Assembly: GCA_965112735.1 (NCBI GenBank)
Contig: OZ218958.1
Span: forward strand, 3,534,001-3,598,000
DNA: 64,000 nucleotides
Origin: Phaeosaccion multiseriatum
Lineage: Eukaryota > Protista > Ochrophyta, other classes
Reading direction: 5' to 3'
Shown here: piece by piece, positions 23,675 through 37,400 of the stretch
Layout: the number at the start of each line of letters is the position of its first letter
Numbering within the stretch: position 1 is the stretch's first letter
The notes under the pieces: model-generated
The model's input: the letters and a program-made list of their open reading frames with translations, nothing else
The model's database searches: none
What the model was told of the DNA's origin: nothing
Translations under genes and position numbers: made by a program

Positions 23675-25002
23675 ATGTCAGCAAGGCAGAGAGGGCGGAT
23701 GCGGCAGGGAGGGCTCGACCCTTTGCTCTCCCTGGGAGGAAAGCCGAAGGAGGAGGAGCAAGAGGCGAGCGAGGATGACGCTGAGGAGAGTGAAGGCAGC
23801 AGCGAGGAGGAAGAAGAAGCTGTTGCCGCCTCAGCCTTCGCCGCCTTTGACGACAGCGACGAGGAGGAGGAGAGCGAGAGCGAAGTGGAGGATGAGGAGG
23901 AGGGGGATGAGGAGGGAGAGGAACAGGAGGAAGGGGTGAAGGCACCCAAGAAGGGAGACGAGGAGGAAGCCGAGGACGACCTGCAGATCCTGGACTCGCT
24001 CATTGAGGAGCAGCGGCTAGAAGGGACTGCGGGGGGTGAGCGAGGCAGTGGCCACGGCACCAGCCTGGCGTCCCTTCTGGCCTGCGACAAGAACGGGCTC
24101 AAGGTGGAGAATGAACTGAAGAGGAAGTTTGGAGGGAGGGTAATGGGGGGCGACGGCGCAACAGCAGAGAGGGCCAACGCCACGGGGGGCAGGGGAGGCG
24201 GGAGGGGCAGGCGGGTAGTGGTGGGGGGGGGGTGCGACAGGGGCCGTCTCCACGCTGGCGATGAAAAAGCTTCTTCTCGGCGCCCCCAAAGCCGACTGGA
24301 GTAAGCCACCAAGCTTCGTAGGAGGGGGCTTGGGCATGCTGGAGGTGTTCGAGCAGCAAGCGGGCGGGGAGGAGCAGAAACAGCAGGAGGAGAAAGGGGG
24401 GCAGCAGGGACGGCAGGCTGCTGCCAAGAGCAAGAAGGCGCGCGCGACGTCCGCAACAGCTCGCGCCGGCGTTCCCTTCTACCTGCAAAGGGGGGGCGAA
24501 GTGGGGAGGTGGCAGCGGAAGCAGCACGGGGAAGACGCCCGATGGTTCAAATACACCATGTCGAAGGAGTATGAGGCCCTCCAGGTAGGGGCGGGGCGGC
24601 ACAAGTGGGGTGGGGGGGGGGCGAGAGTGGGCGACTTGCACTAACCTCTCCTGCGCTTCGCTCTCGCACTCACTCCCTCCTCCTCATTGTTTGTCCTTCT
24701 TCTCCTCCTTCTTCTTCTCCTCCTCCTCCTCCTCCTCCTCCTCCTCCTCCTCCTCCTCCTCCTCCTCCTCCTCCCCCTCCGTCCTGCTGCTGCTGCTACT
24801 ACTCCCCCCCCCCCCTGCTACCCAGGCCCGGTACGAAATCGTGCATGCCTCTATGGACCCCAACAACTTGGCCATGTTCGCTTCTCAGACACACTCGCAC
24901 GCCGACTCGCTGCTGCAGCTCGCCATGGTCTTTGCACACACCGGAGAGATGGAGAGGGCAGGTAAGCAGAGAGGGCACATCTCACTGACTGACGGACTGA
25001 CT

Positions 25003-25034
<32 letters not shown>

Positions 25035-26548
25035 GACTGACGGACTGACGGACTGACGGACTGACTGACTGACTGATTAACTGAGTGGCTGGCTGACTGA
25101 CTGACTGACTCATTCACGGGCTTGGGATTGGGCTTGATCATGGCCGTGGGGAGTGGGGAGTGTCAGGACAGAGGAGTGAGGAGTGAGGAGTGAGGAGTGA
25201 GGAGTGAAGGAGTGCGGAGTGGAGAGTGGGAGTGAGGAGTGACTAGCAGTGGTTCGCCTCCTGTCCTGTGGCTCGCCTTCTCCTCCCGGTGTGGTGCTGA
25301 AGTACTGTGTGGATGTGTGGATGTGTGGCTGTGTGGTTGTGTGGCTGTGTGGCTGTGTGGCTGTGTGGCTGTGTGGCTGTGTGGCTGTGTGCTTCCTGCT
25401 TAGGGTTGGGGGCCCTCGACCAGTGCCTCAACGCCCCCCCCTCCCCTGCCTGCCCTGCCTGCTGTACCTCTGCATCTGCGCTATGTTCAACTCAAACCTT
25501 CCCCCCTCTCCCCTCTCCCCATATGTCAGCGGAGTTTGTGCGGCGCAGTCTGTATGTGCTGGAGAGTGCCTACGCGGAGGCCTTCAAGCCCTTCGAGGGG
25601 CGTTGCAGACTCGACGCAACGCGCATGCTCGACAACACCTTCTTCGCCGCTCTCTTCAGGCACATGCAGGTAGCGCTTAGGGTTAGGGTTAGGGTTAGGG
25701 TTAGCTATCTTCAGGCACATGCAGGTAGCGCTTACGCCCCTCCGTCCCGTCTCTCCCCTCTCTCCGCTCTCTCTAAGGCCCCTCCCTCCCCTCAACCCCT
25801 CTTGGCGCGACTCGCAAATCGGAGACTGACTTTGGGTTAGGGTTAGGGAGACTGACTTTGTGAACCCTCCCCTTTCTGTGTCTCTCTGTTCCTCCCTGTT
25901 CCTCTCTGTGCTTCGCTCCTCTCAGCTCTGCGGTATGATGGGCTGTGCGGCAACGGCGACGGAGGTGAGGGGTAGTGGGGTGAAGCAAGGGTGAGGGGCG
26001 GTGGGGTGAAGGGACGAGTGGACGGCGAATGCTGGACCTCCGAACCCAAGTGTTCCTTCCAACACGTCCCTCCCGAAGGAAGGAAGCCTCCCTCCCCGAA
26101 GCAGCGAAGCACAAAGCAGCCACACTCAGGTACCTCTTTCTGCACCTCTTTCTGCACCTCTTTCTGTGTGCGCCCCCACCCTCTCCCCTTCTCCCCTCCC
26201 CGTGCGTCAGGTGGCTCGACTTCTGCTCTCTTTGGTAAGTAAGGAGGGGCTTCAAGTGAAGTGATGAAAGAAAAGGATGCTGTAGTTTGGCTGCCCCTGA
26301 CTGACGCATCTCTCTCCCCTCTCCCTCCCCTCCTGGACACAGGACCCGCTGGGCGACCCCCTTGGGGCCCTGCTGTGCCTGGACCACTACGCGGTGGCCT
26401 CGAAGAAGCCCCAAGTGGTCATTGACCTCTTCGAGTCCGGTAAGTAACGTTACGTAAGACCAGAGCAGAGGAGAGAAGGGAATTGGGCTGTGGGTCCAAG
26501 AGAGAGGGGCGGTGTCGTGGGCTGACCTCTGATCACGGTTTGTGTTTG

Positions 26549-26622
<74 letters not shown>

Positions 26623-28407
26623 CCTTCAGGTCTGCCTATTGGGTACTCCCCCGAAGCTCTGCAAAGGCTCGCGGAGCAGGAGGAGCGAGAAGAGGCACAG
26701 GCAGAGCAGGAGGAGCGAGAGCAGGAAGAGGAAGATGAGCTTGAGTACGAGGAGCTTGGGCCCAATGTCGAGGAGGAGGGGGAGGAGGGGGACAAGAAGG
26801 TCTCTAGCAAGCTCACGGAGGGCGGTGCCGCTGCTAATGGTAGCACGGGAGGTACGATGGGCGGCAGCTGTACGACGATTAGAGACATGCCGGGATGGAG
26901 CCTATCCTACAGCCTGGCCCTGCTGGACAGAGGCCAGCGCAAGGAGGCCCTCAGCGCCGCTCGAGATGCGCTGCTCAAATTCCCCTCGGCGCTGGAGCCT
27001 CTACTCCAAGAGGCGGGAGTGGCAAATCCCCGGGGGGCGACGAGGCCTCACAACTGGCAGGCCGTGTTCCAGTCGCAGCACTTCGGGGCCGCTCAGTCCA
27101 GGCTGAGGGGCGGAGAGGCGCATACCCTGTCCCATCTGTGCAAGGTGAGGGGATGGCAGTGGAAGCAGGGGATGGCAGTGGACGGGGCGGGGTAGTGCAT
27201 GGCATGGGCGAGCCCACCCCCTTGACCCTGAGCACATGATGACACTTCAGCTCTTCTGCTGCTGTGTTCTCTCTCTCTCTCTCATTGGCCACTTGTGTTC
27301 GGATGTCCTGTTCTCCATTTGCGCGTTGGTGATACAGCTCTTCGCCAAGCGCAATGGCGACGTGTGGAGTCACGATCGCTGCTTAGGCCTGCTCTTCGAC
27401 GGGGCGGCCCTCGCACTGCAGCACCGGCCTGAGGGGAGAGAGGGGGGTCCCAATGGGGGCGAGGGGAGCATGGAGAGGGAGGTGCTGAGCAGGGCCTACG
27501 AGGGCGGCTGGCAGGGGGGCACACCCTCCGGGGAGGCGGAGGGGGAGGAGGAGGAGGGGGCGGAGGGACAGAGCAATGCTGCTGCGTCCTCTACTGCCGC
27601 AAGGAGGACAAGGCGTGCGCGAGCCCGTGCATACGTGCGCTACAGAGGCCTGGCCAGCCCCTTGTCCAAGTACGCTCAGCTGCAGCCCAGCGACTTCGCG
27701 GACACATTCAGCCAGGTGGGTGGGTGGGTGGTGGGTGTAGTATGTCAGTGGATGGGTCAAGTATGTCAATGGGTGGGTGGGTGTAATATGTCAGTAGATG
27801 GGTGTAGTATGTCAATGGGTGGGTGGGTGGGTGTAATATGTCAATGGGTGGGTGGGTCGTCGGTTGAGTCGGTGTGTGGGGGCTTTCGAACGTTAAGAGA
27901 AAGAATCCATCCCTAAGCAACGGGCGGATGAGGGAGTGATAGGTGTAGTATGTCAATGGGTGTGATGGGAGTGTTATGGGGGTGGGAGAGACTGAAGCAC
28001 ATATATACATACACACACATACACACACATACATACATACACACACGCACACACACACACACACGCACATGCACATCCTCGGCAGCCGAGCCCTGATCCG
28101 CCCCCTTCCCTACCCTCCTCTACCGCAGCTTCCGGCCGCGGGCCTGCTGAACCCCCAACTTCTGGGGCCCAACATGATGAACAGGAGGTTCGCCGGGGGG
28201 CGGCAGCACCGACAGCTGCTGGAGGGGCGGCTCGACGACGTGGAGAGACACCTCCTGCAGGGGGGTGAGCTTGAGCAGGCCATGGCGGCGGCGGAGGCGG
28301 GCAATCTCGACCCCAACTCGCCCCTGATGCAGCTGCTGCTTCAGTCGCTCCTGCCGTGGAACCAAATGGCCACTCCACAGCACCCGCCGCCACCGCCCCC
28401 GCCGTAG
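23675..28407 (+). CDS. TCF25: TCF25/Rqc1 ribosome quality-control protein; multi-exon, with an apparent frameshift in the poly-G run at about 24222-24232
   Basis: LKVENELKRKFG; WFKYTMSKEYEALQ; SMDPNNL..HADSLLQLA; AEFVRRSLYVLE; FFAALFRHMQ; GCAATATEVARLLLSLDPLGDPLGALLCLDHYA; C-terminal LLLQSLLPW. Confidence 0.85.
25677..25703 (+). repeat. Interstitial telomeric (TTAGGG)4 in a TCF25 intron
   Basis: TTAGGGTTAGGGTTAGGGTTAGGGTTAG. Confidence 0.85.
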
Positions 28408-28502
28408 GACCGCAGAGAGAGAGAGAGAGAGGTTGTCAAGTCACGACTAAAGCGTTTGTATTACGTATTGTAGACTTCGTCGTACTTAGACTCTCATGTC
28501 AT

Positions 28503-28542
<40 letters not shown>

Positions 28543-29347
28543 TTTGCTTGTCTCATAGCCCAACGCGTGCCCCCCGGGGGTTCTCGGAGAGACTCTCTCT
28601 GACTTGCACGTGTGGGCCTGTGCCCCCGGGGGACTGGAGGGTGCTGCAGGGCGCAGCAGGGAGAGCTGTCCACCGTCGGACAACGGCAGGGCTCTGTGCC
28701 TTGCCAATGACTTACAGAGGCGTGTGCTGTCACTGAATAGATCTGGTGTGCTGTGTAGGCCCCACTGCTGTTGCGTCGGCTCTGTATCACCAACTGCTCT
28801 GCTGTGCTTTGCATCACCAACTGCTCTACTCTGCTGCCTACCATGACAATGGCAGCGATGCCGTCGGAGGACAGGAAGGGCCAGAAGAAGGCATGAGGCC
28901 TCCCCTCCTGCGGCCGAGTGAAGCTGCCAGGCACCCTCTCGTGTCCTCCCCTCCTCCTTCACTGCACCTCCCGCGCTGCCCCTCCTCTGGTGCCTCAGTC
29001 GCAGTGCCACGGCCGCTGCACTCGTCTTGCCTTCCTCTCCCCTCCTCTTTCTCTCCCTTTCGGTCTTCACTGCGCCGCCGTGGATGGCACTGGACGGACG
29101 AGCAAAGCTGGGCAGGGCAGCCAAGCCAGAGGCCCTCCTGCTGCCCTCTGGATGGAAGAAAGCATAGGCACTGCACTGCACTGCACTGCACTCACTCTGA
29201 TGGATGGATGGATGGTGATTGATGGAGGCGTACAGGCACATGCACTTGCTGCCGACACGTCCGGGAGGTGTGCTCTCCTGCGGCCCTCGTTCTCCTAGCG
29301 CATAGCACGCACACATGCACGCACGCACACACGCATTCACTTGTTGC

Positions 29348-31020
29348 TCAGTGGCCTCCACACGCCCACTTGAGCTCCGTATGAGGCCCGAGCCTCTCCT
29401 CTGATAAGACGCTGCGCCACGAGCACTGGCAGGCGTAGGCACACCAGCCCCGCTCTTGCTGACTCAGGCGCCGCTTCAGCTTCACGCGGTCGGGCATGTT
29501 GTTGCGGAAGAAGAGGTAGTCCACCTCGTCGTCCCACTGCAATTGGGGGGGCGTAATGGGGGAGATTGAGGGAGGGGGGGAGGGAGGGAGGGAGGTGAGG
29601 CCTTGGGAAGGGGAGAGAACAGGCTGCAGGCATGGCATCACAACTGTGTCATTCTGTCTGCCTTGACGTCGGCAAAGCAGATGTGCCATACCGTAACCCT
29701 TACCCTTACCCTTCCTTGCCCATATTACCCTAACCCTTACCTTGCAGTCGTCGATGCACAGCACCTCGAAGTCGCACTGCGTGCACCTGACAGAGGACAC
29801 AGACAGACATAGGGTAGGCAGCAGAGGGGGGGAGGGAATGCTCACCAGACAGGCTCGTCCACTGCTGGCTATGGCTACCCTGTTCTGTGGCTACCCTGTT
29901 CTGTGGCTACCCTGTTCTGTGGCTACCCTGTTCTGTGGCTACCCTGTTCTGTGGCTACCCTGTTCTGTGAAGCCTCACCCGCCCCCCCCCCCTCCCTCTG
30001 AACCTCCAACCCCCTCTGAACCTCCACCCCCTTCTATCTATGGCCGATGGACAGTCGCATACTCGGATCGAAGCATGCATGGTCGATACAGAGAGGGAGA
30101 CATTGTCACTGTACCTGAGATTGCCGCAAGCCGCACCGCTTGCCGACGATGCCGCGTAGCCTTTCCTCACGTCCGACCCGGCGATGGAGAGCACCCCGCA
30201 CCTGCGCTTGCCTGCCACTCCCGCCTTGCCTGCCGCTCCCGCTGCTCCTACTACCCGGTGTGGGTGGAGGTCTGATACCCTTCCCTGCCCGTACCCGGAG
30301 GCCGGGGAGCTGCTCCAGGAAGACGGGGGGGGGGGTGTATCGATGACGAGTCAAGGGGAGGAACGTGACCCGTACAGCAACGATAACGACTCATATCGGT
30401 AATGGGCAGGGGTATTGACACCTGGGGGTGAGAGGAGCCTAGTTTCTCACACACGATGGACTGACTGACCTGCGTGGTGTACAGTCTTCGTCTCCCACGA
30501 GACTGAGGAGAGCATCGATGTCATCGACGGCTCGCTGCCCCGCCGCCGCTCCCCTAGGCGCTCCTCCCACCGTGCTGCTGGTGTGGCCTTTATAGCTGCT
30601 ACCATTGCTACTGCCGTACTTACTGTAGGAAGAGCGCAAGGAGGAAGGAGTGAGGAGTAAGGAGGTGGACGAGGTCCCATCCGCAGAGGAGCAAGTATGT
30701 GCAATTAGGGAGCTGTGGATGGCGTCGTTGCTGCCCTGCTGTGGTAAGACTTGTCGTCTTCAGCGAAGAGGCCAACGTTCTGGGGATCCTAATAAGAAGA
30801 TTTTCCCGAAGAGGAAAGCTTGGTTTGTCAGAGCTTTCCGAGTTTTCCCCAGTCGCTCAATCGATCGGTGTCCTTCGTGTCCCCCTCACCTTTGGCCGCA
30901 ACCGAAGCCGCCACTGCTGCTGCTCGCGCTGCTGCTCCTCCCCTCCACGGCGCCCTCAACCTCATCGATCAACGCGTCGATATCCACAGAGCCGTGGCGG
31001 TGGCTGCTATCGAACGCCAT
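29348..31020 (-). CDS. CFAP418: Cilia- and flagella-associated protein 418 (C8orf37/RMP domain); multi-exon
   Basis: N-terminal DIDALIDEVE; ACGNLR|CTQCDFEV; WDDEVDYLFFRNNMPD; AYACQCSWRSV; LKWACGGH-stop. Confidence 0.9.
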
Positions 31021-31511
31021 CCGTTCAATTACTAATTTTGCAGGTGAGGGTTTGGTGAGGGTTTGGGAGAAGAGGTAGAATCCTGAGTAACGTCGACTAC
31101 TCACAAATGCCATCTATGGTTGTCTAAAAGTAATGTCTCACCGCCCCGGGGAACTTAGCCCTCGAGGTCGTGTCCCTCTGACTCATCAGGGGAGCCATAA
31201 AATTTGTATCCTTTCTTTAATCCGTTAACTGCCTGCAGCTACCTGCCCAATCCATTCCATCTAGTCCCTGCCCAATCCATCCCATCGGTGTCCTTCGTGT
31301 CCCTGTCCCTGCCCCTGCCCCTGCCTCGGTCCCCGCTACCCCACGACAAGCGGTACCCCACGAAAAGCGGTACCCCCCTCCATCCTATGCTATATGCGGC
31401 CCCACCGGTGCCTCCCTCCCTCCGGCCCCACCAGTGCCGCCCTCCTGCCTGTACAGTGCCATCCCTTTAGCGCCTCTGTAGCGTAGAGTGTGCCAATGTC
31501 GCGATGGGAAC

Positions 31512-34014
31512 TCAGTCGTTCTGCGGCAGCCCCTGCTGTGCTTGCATCTGCATGCTGGCCTGTATCTTCTGAGTGATGAGGTGCTGCGCCGTCTGTGCGG
31601 CCATCGCTGAACCGATGATGGTCACTGTGGGGTGGATGGGTGGATGGATATACATGTCAGCATGCAGCACATGCGAAAGTTAGAAGCCATCTTCATGCAC
31701 GGGGGGAGAACAAGAGAATGAGGACAGAGAGACAAGGAGGGAAGGCGAAAAGCGCCAGGCGGTGGTAGGAAGGGCAGGGGCGGGAATGAGCCCCGACTCG
31801 AGCCGAGCTCCGGCACACGCTCACGCACGCTATACACACACGCGCGCGCGCACACACACACAAACACGTACACACACGCACACACACACACACACAAACA
31901 CACAAAACAAACACGCACACACCTGTCCGGTTGTTGCTGCCAGGCACGAATTCGCCCCTCCGCGACACGGTAATGCGGGCACCGCTGAGGGCCTGCAGCT
32001 CGTGGATCGTGGCGCCGCCCTGTGTGTGTGTGTGCATTGCATGGGGCAGAGGCGAGGCAAGTGAGTAGTTAGTCAGTAGTGGCACTGGGCACAAGGAGGG
32101 ACACCGAATACACTTGCACACGCCCACACGCAGCAGTGCCATCCAGTGCCATCGCGAGGCGGACACCTCCCCTCCCCTCAGCTCAGCTCAGCTCACCTTG
32201 CCCACGACGACGCCCACCATGGAGTCAGGCACAGCAAGAGGGATGGTGGTTTGGTCCCCACTCGCTGCCCCGCCCACCACCTGCACTCCCGCCCCCCCCT
32301 GGCCGCTCCCTCCCCCCCCCATGCCGTAACCGCCGCCCATACCCGGCGCCTGCGGTGGCGCATAACCCCCCCCTCCGCCTCCTCCCACTCCCATACCGTA
32401 CCCGCCGTGCCCCGCTCCCCCCATGCCCCCCCCCCCGTAGCCCCCCCCCCCGGGCTGCCCGTACGGCATTCCTCCCATTGGGGCCTGCTCTCTGTAGTTG
32501 ACGCTCGGGTTTTGGTACTTGGCTGCCGTCTCGTCCTCCTGCCAAGGGGGGGAAAGGGAAGGGAAGGCACGAGTCAGCGGAGGGCAGGAGAGGAGCAAGT
32601 GAGGAGCAAGTGAGGAGCAAGAGAGGAGCAAGTGAGGAGCAAGTGAGGAGCAGGAGAGGAGCAAGTGAGGAGCAAGAGAGGAGCAAGTGAGGAGCAAGTG
32701 AGGAGCAAGAGGGGAGCAAGTGAGGAGCAGGAGAGGAGCAAGTGAGACGCGAGTCTAGTGTGCGTGTGTGCGTGTGTGCGTGGCCGTCTGCGTCTCTCGG
32801 AGAGGCGCCAAGATAGACCTCATTATTCTATGACTGATAGACCTCCTTTGACTTTGACTGGCGTGGGAGGTGCATGGCTCGCCCCCTTCCCCACCCCAGA
32901 GAGTGAGAGGCTCCTTTCCAACACACCTGGAGCTTGTCCAGCAGCACCTGCACGGCGGCCTGTATGGTGTGCAGCGGGCCTTGAATCGTGGCCACGCGCT
33001 CCATCGTCATGCTTCCGTCCTGCATGGAGGCAAGGGCCAAGCGAGCGCCTGACGCTTCCGACAGGGCCTGTCATAAGTCATAAGCATACGCAGAAGGAGG
33101 GGGGGGGGGGTCAGCTCATTCGCTGGCATGCAGCAGTGTAACTGCATTGTAACTGCATTGAGCATTAAGTGCCGCAGGCTCCGCCCCCTCTCTCTCGTCG
33201 GGGGCAAGAGCGAGGCGGCCAGGGGGGCTTCACCCACCCCCTTTCTCTTCCCTCTCTCTCACCTTGATATTTGCTCCTCCCCGTCCGATGACGAGCCCCC
33301 CTGCAGAGGAGGGTACGAGAACCTTCTGCACGAGCTCAGCGGCGGGGTCGGGGGCGGTGTCGGAGGGGCCCCCCTCGGCGGACGGGTCCGAGGACTGCAC
33401 TTGGTGCACGCGCGTCAACACAAGAGCCACCGCCAGCTTGACGTCCACAAGGTCACCGCCAACCATCACCACTCTGGAGGATGGCGGGGGCGGGGAGGAG
33501 GGTCAGCGGTGTCGCTACATTCACTACACAGGTAGTGGAGAGGGTGGGTTGTTTTGTCAGTGGCCGCAAGGGACAAGAGGAATTCATAGATGGCCTCTCC
33601 TCTCAAAGCACAGCACAGCACCAACACCCACCTCTCCTGCGTGCCCGGGTAGTACATGCCGTTGGCGCTGACTCGCACCGTGGCCCCGGACTGCGTTTGG
33701 ATCTCTCGGATGTTGGCCCCGCCCTTACCGATGAGGCTCCCCGCGCTCTTGCCGATGAGCAGCTTGATGGCGCAAGCGGGAGGGGCGGCCCTCTCTGAGC
33801 ACGGCAGCAGCAGCAGCAGGGGCGGGGGCAAGGTGAGGAGGAAACACCCGCCAGTAGATAATTCGAGTCCATCGTTTAGTCGCCCCCTTCCCTTCCGTTT
33901 TCTCACTCAGGCGTGTGTGTACTCACGTCGCTTGTTAGCCCTGTCATCTCCATCGCGGTGCCCCCCGGGCGAGCCGTGCGCGCCCTGGTCTCCTCCTCCT
34001 GCAGTAGGGTCCAT
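31512..34014 (-). CDS. Three-KH-domain RNA-binding protein (Nova/BTR1-like); about 7 exons
   Basis: AGSLIGKGGANIREIQTQSGATVRVS..YPGTQER; AGGLVIGRGGANIK; MVGVVVGK|GGATIHELQALSGARITVSRRGEFVPGSNNRT|VTIIG. Confidence 0.9.
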
Positions 34015-34263
34015 CCTTGGACGCTTCTCTTACTTTACTTCTACTTCCTCTTCTACTCTATCAGGTACTTCGATTCGGTGGTCTCTCGGGTGGTGGGGGA
34101 GACTAGAAGTTGGTCAGGATCGTAGTAGTGAAGGATCAGCGGCGGGCGACGTGTGTGCGGCGGTCGGAGAGAGCGAGGAAGAGGGCCAGCGGGTGGAGCG
34201 GTGCATGTGTTGGGAGTGGGATCACGAGAGTGAGAGGAGAGGGAGGAGAGAGAGAGAGAGAGG

Positions 34264-34313
<50 letters not shown>

Positions 34314-34763
34314 GGGTGAAGGTGAGGAGCGAGATCAAGGACTGGGTCGGGGAGAGAGGGGAAAGAGAGGAGAGGGGTTGTAGAGGACAAGAAACGGAGA
34401 TCGATCGATAAGCCACCCGTCCTCAACCTCCGCGCTACATCACTGCACCACAATTCACAGGCGCAGCGGCGGGGAAGGAACAGAAGAGAGGTCAGCCCAT
34501 CTCGGCCGCTCTCCCCTGCCCTTCCCTCTCTCCCTCATACCTAAAATCAGCTGAAAAAAACTCTTCCAAAATCTACCGCCGGTCCAGATCCCCAGCGCCA
34601 GATTTGCGAGAGGGTTTCCTGGCCGGGATGTTGATCAGATGGCCGGACACAGCGACACAAAGAAAAAACAAAAAGAAGAAGGAGAAGGAGGAGGAGGAGG
34701 AGGAGGAGGAGGAGGAGGAGGAGGACGAGGAGGAGGAGGAAGAGGAGGAGGTGAAGGTAAAAG

Positions 34764-34789
34764 ATGCAGCAGCCACATCCTCCACCTCC

Positions 34790-34831
<42 letters not shown>

Positions 34832-34937
34832 CTTTCCACAGCCACCTCCCTTCACTCCTGTGCAACAACACCAACCACCGCAGCCAATGCCACCACAACA
34901 GCAACAACTACAACCCCATCTTCATCATCCACAACAA

Positions 34938-34981
<44 letters not shown>

Positions 34982-35983
34982 CGGGCCCGGTGGCATTGCG
35001 CCACCCTATCCGGCAGCACCCTACCCGATGATGCCTCAACAGCATCCCCAGCAGGCAGCGCCAGCAGCCCCGCCGCCCTTCCAAGGAGCGCCTCCCCAGC
35101 ACGCTTACCCTCCTCACCCTCAGGCTTACCCGCAGGCCTACCCCCAGTCGGGTCCTGCGATGCAAGCCGCTGTCCGTCCCCGCGGGGCCGTGCCTCCCTG
35201 CGGCCCTCCCGAGGCGGCCATGAAGGACGTGGTGGACAAGCTCGCGCCCTTCGTAGTGCGCAACGGAGAGGCCTTCGCGGACAAGATCAAGGCCAAGGAG
35301 GGAGGCAACCCCAAGTAAGTCACTAAGGCAGTGAGTGAAGGAGTAGGAGTGAGACAGACTGGAGCTAAAAGTGTTTTCAATGCGCGCAGATTCTCGTTCC
35401 TGTTTGGCGGAGAGGGTGCCGCGTACTACCGCTGGTGCCTGGACTGCAGTCGGAGGGGCCTCTCTCCCGAGCAGAAGGCCGCGGAGCTGGCGGAGCACCA
35501 GGTCAGTCAAAGATTTAGCTTAGGGACGTTCGCGTGGGCATGGCGTGACATGGGTATGGGCATGGGTTCGGGTACTGGTACGGTTCCCCTCTCGCTCACC
35601 TCTGCGGATGGTGCTGGACCGGTCCATCCATCTTCGGCTCTGAGGCGGGGAGCCCTACGGGTGGGGTAGTCTCTCCCGTCGGGGCCTGTCTGCATGCCTC
35701 CAATCCGTCGTTCCACATGCCCCCCTATGCCCTAGCCGGCGCTATGCGTTTCATCAGCTCATTCCCTTCCCACCTGCACCTGCCCCCCTCTGACGCCGTT
35801 CTATGCCCCCCTGTGACCGCAGGCCCGTTTGTCCACGACGGAGCTTGGTCCTACCGATGATCAGGCCCTGCAGGTAGGTCTCTCCTTCTCTCACTCTCTT
35901 TCTCTCTCTCCCCCTCTCCCTCTCTTTCTCTCTCTCTCTCCCTCTCCCTATCTTTCTCTCTCTCTCTCCCTCTCTTTTCTCTT

Positions 35984-36034
<51 letters not shown>

Positions 36035-37368
36035 CCTTTCACTCTCTCTCTCCCTCACTCTCTCTCTCTCTCTCTCCCAGCGCCCTCGGCCTCCTGCTGC
36101 CCAGCCGCCCCCCCTCTCTAACCTGTGCCCACCCTTCCGCTGTACCCTACCCCTTGTGCAGGATCTGCTGCTGGCGCTTGACGGCACTCGCGAGTCCATC
36201 TCCTCAGCGCGTCAGTGGGTCACGAAGCGCTTCCCCACACACGGCAACGCCATGGCCCTCAAGCTGCACACCTTCGCCTCCTCTGTGGCCACCGCCGCCA
36301 GACAGGCCAAGTGCACCGGGGAAGAGGTGAGTGCTTGGGCTTGGGCCTAGGGTGAATACGTTAATAAGGGCATATGGGCACATGTGTGAGAGGCAGGCAG
36401 TGCAATGCAGAGGCATGTCACACACCCTCCGCAGGAGTGCGCATGATGCTCACCTCTTTGCTTGTGTGTGTGTTTGTCGCTGACCTCTGGGCTTGTGTGT
36501 GTGTTTGTCGCTTCCTCTGTTCTATCTTCCACACATGATGCACCTCTTTCTCTGCGGGGGTGCACTCTCCCCTCTGGTGCCATCCGTCATAGGGCTTCAA
36601 GAAGCTGCTGCACGTGCTGTACCTGCTCAACGACATCCTATTCAACTGCGTGGGGCTCGCCAGCAAGGCGGGGGAGGGCTTCCGCCTCGAGACGCTTCGG
36701 CAGCTGCCGGGCCTTATGGCCGCCGTGGGGGAGGTGTGCAGGCAGAGCGACGCAGGTACGGACGGAGGCAGCGGCTTGCAGATGGAAGCAGATGGGTGTG
36801 GACAGGACAGGACACATGAGCGCCAAGGTGGACGGACACACGGCCCGTTTTATCGTACGTTTGCCTCAACGCGCCGCACGTACCTCCTTGCACTCTCCCG
36901 CGCTCCACAGAGAAGCACCCCCGTGCCTTGTCCGGCAAGGTCAAGGAGGTCAAGGAGGAGGGAGGCCCCGCCAGCAGCAGCGAGGGTAACGCGGAAGGGG
37001 GGGGGGGGGGAGACGGCGCGACGAAGGCAGAGGAAGGCGGGGAGCAGCTGCAGAAGGCTTCGGCCCCCGTGCTGCGGCTGTTGGGGCTGTGGGTGGACAA
37101 GGCGGTGGTGCCTGCGCACCTCGCCAACCACCTCAGACACGTCGTGGAGCATGGCCCCACACCTGCAGGACAGCAGCAGGGGCACCAGCAGGGGCAGGGG
37201 CAGGGGGAGCAGCAGGGGCAGCAGCCGCAGGGGTACCCTACCCCGCCCCCCGCCAACGGTGCGCACCTCCTCCCTCCAGGCCAGACTCAGCCTCAGCTCC
37301 ACCCCGCGGCAGTGTCAGGACCAGGAGTGTCAGGACCAGGGCCGCAGCAGCCCCTCCCTCCGCACATT

Positions 37369-37400
<32 letters not shown>

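Noticed and set aside
30864-31303. 20-bp direct repeat ATCGGTGTCCTTCGTGTCCC flanking CFAP418 exon 1
   Set aside because: Real but short; no element structure is evident between the copies
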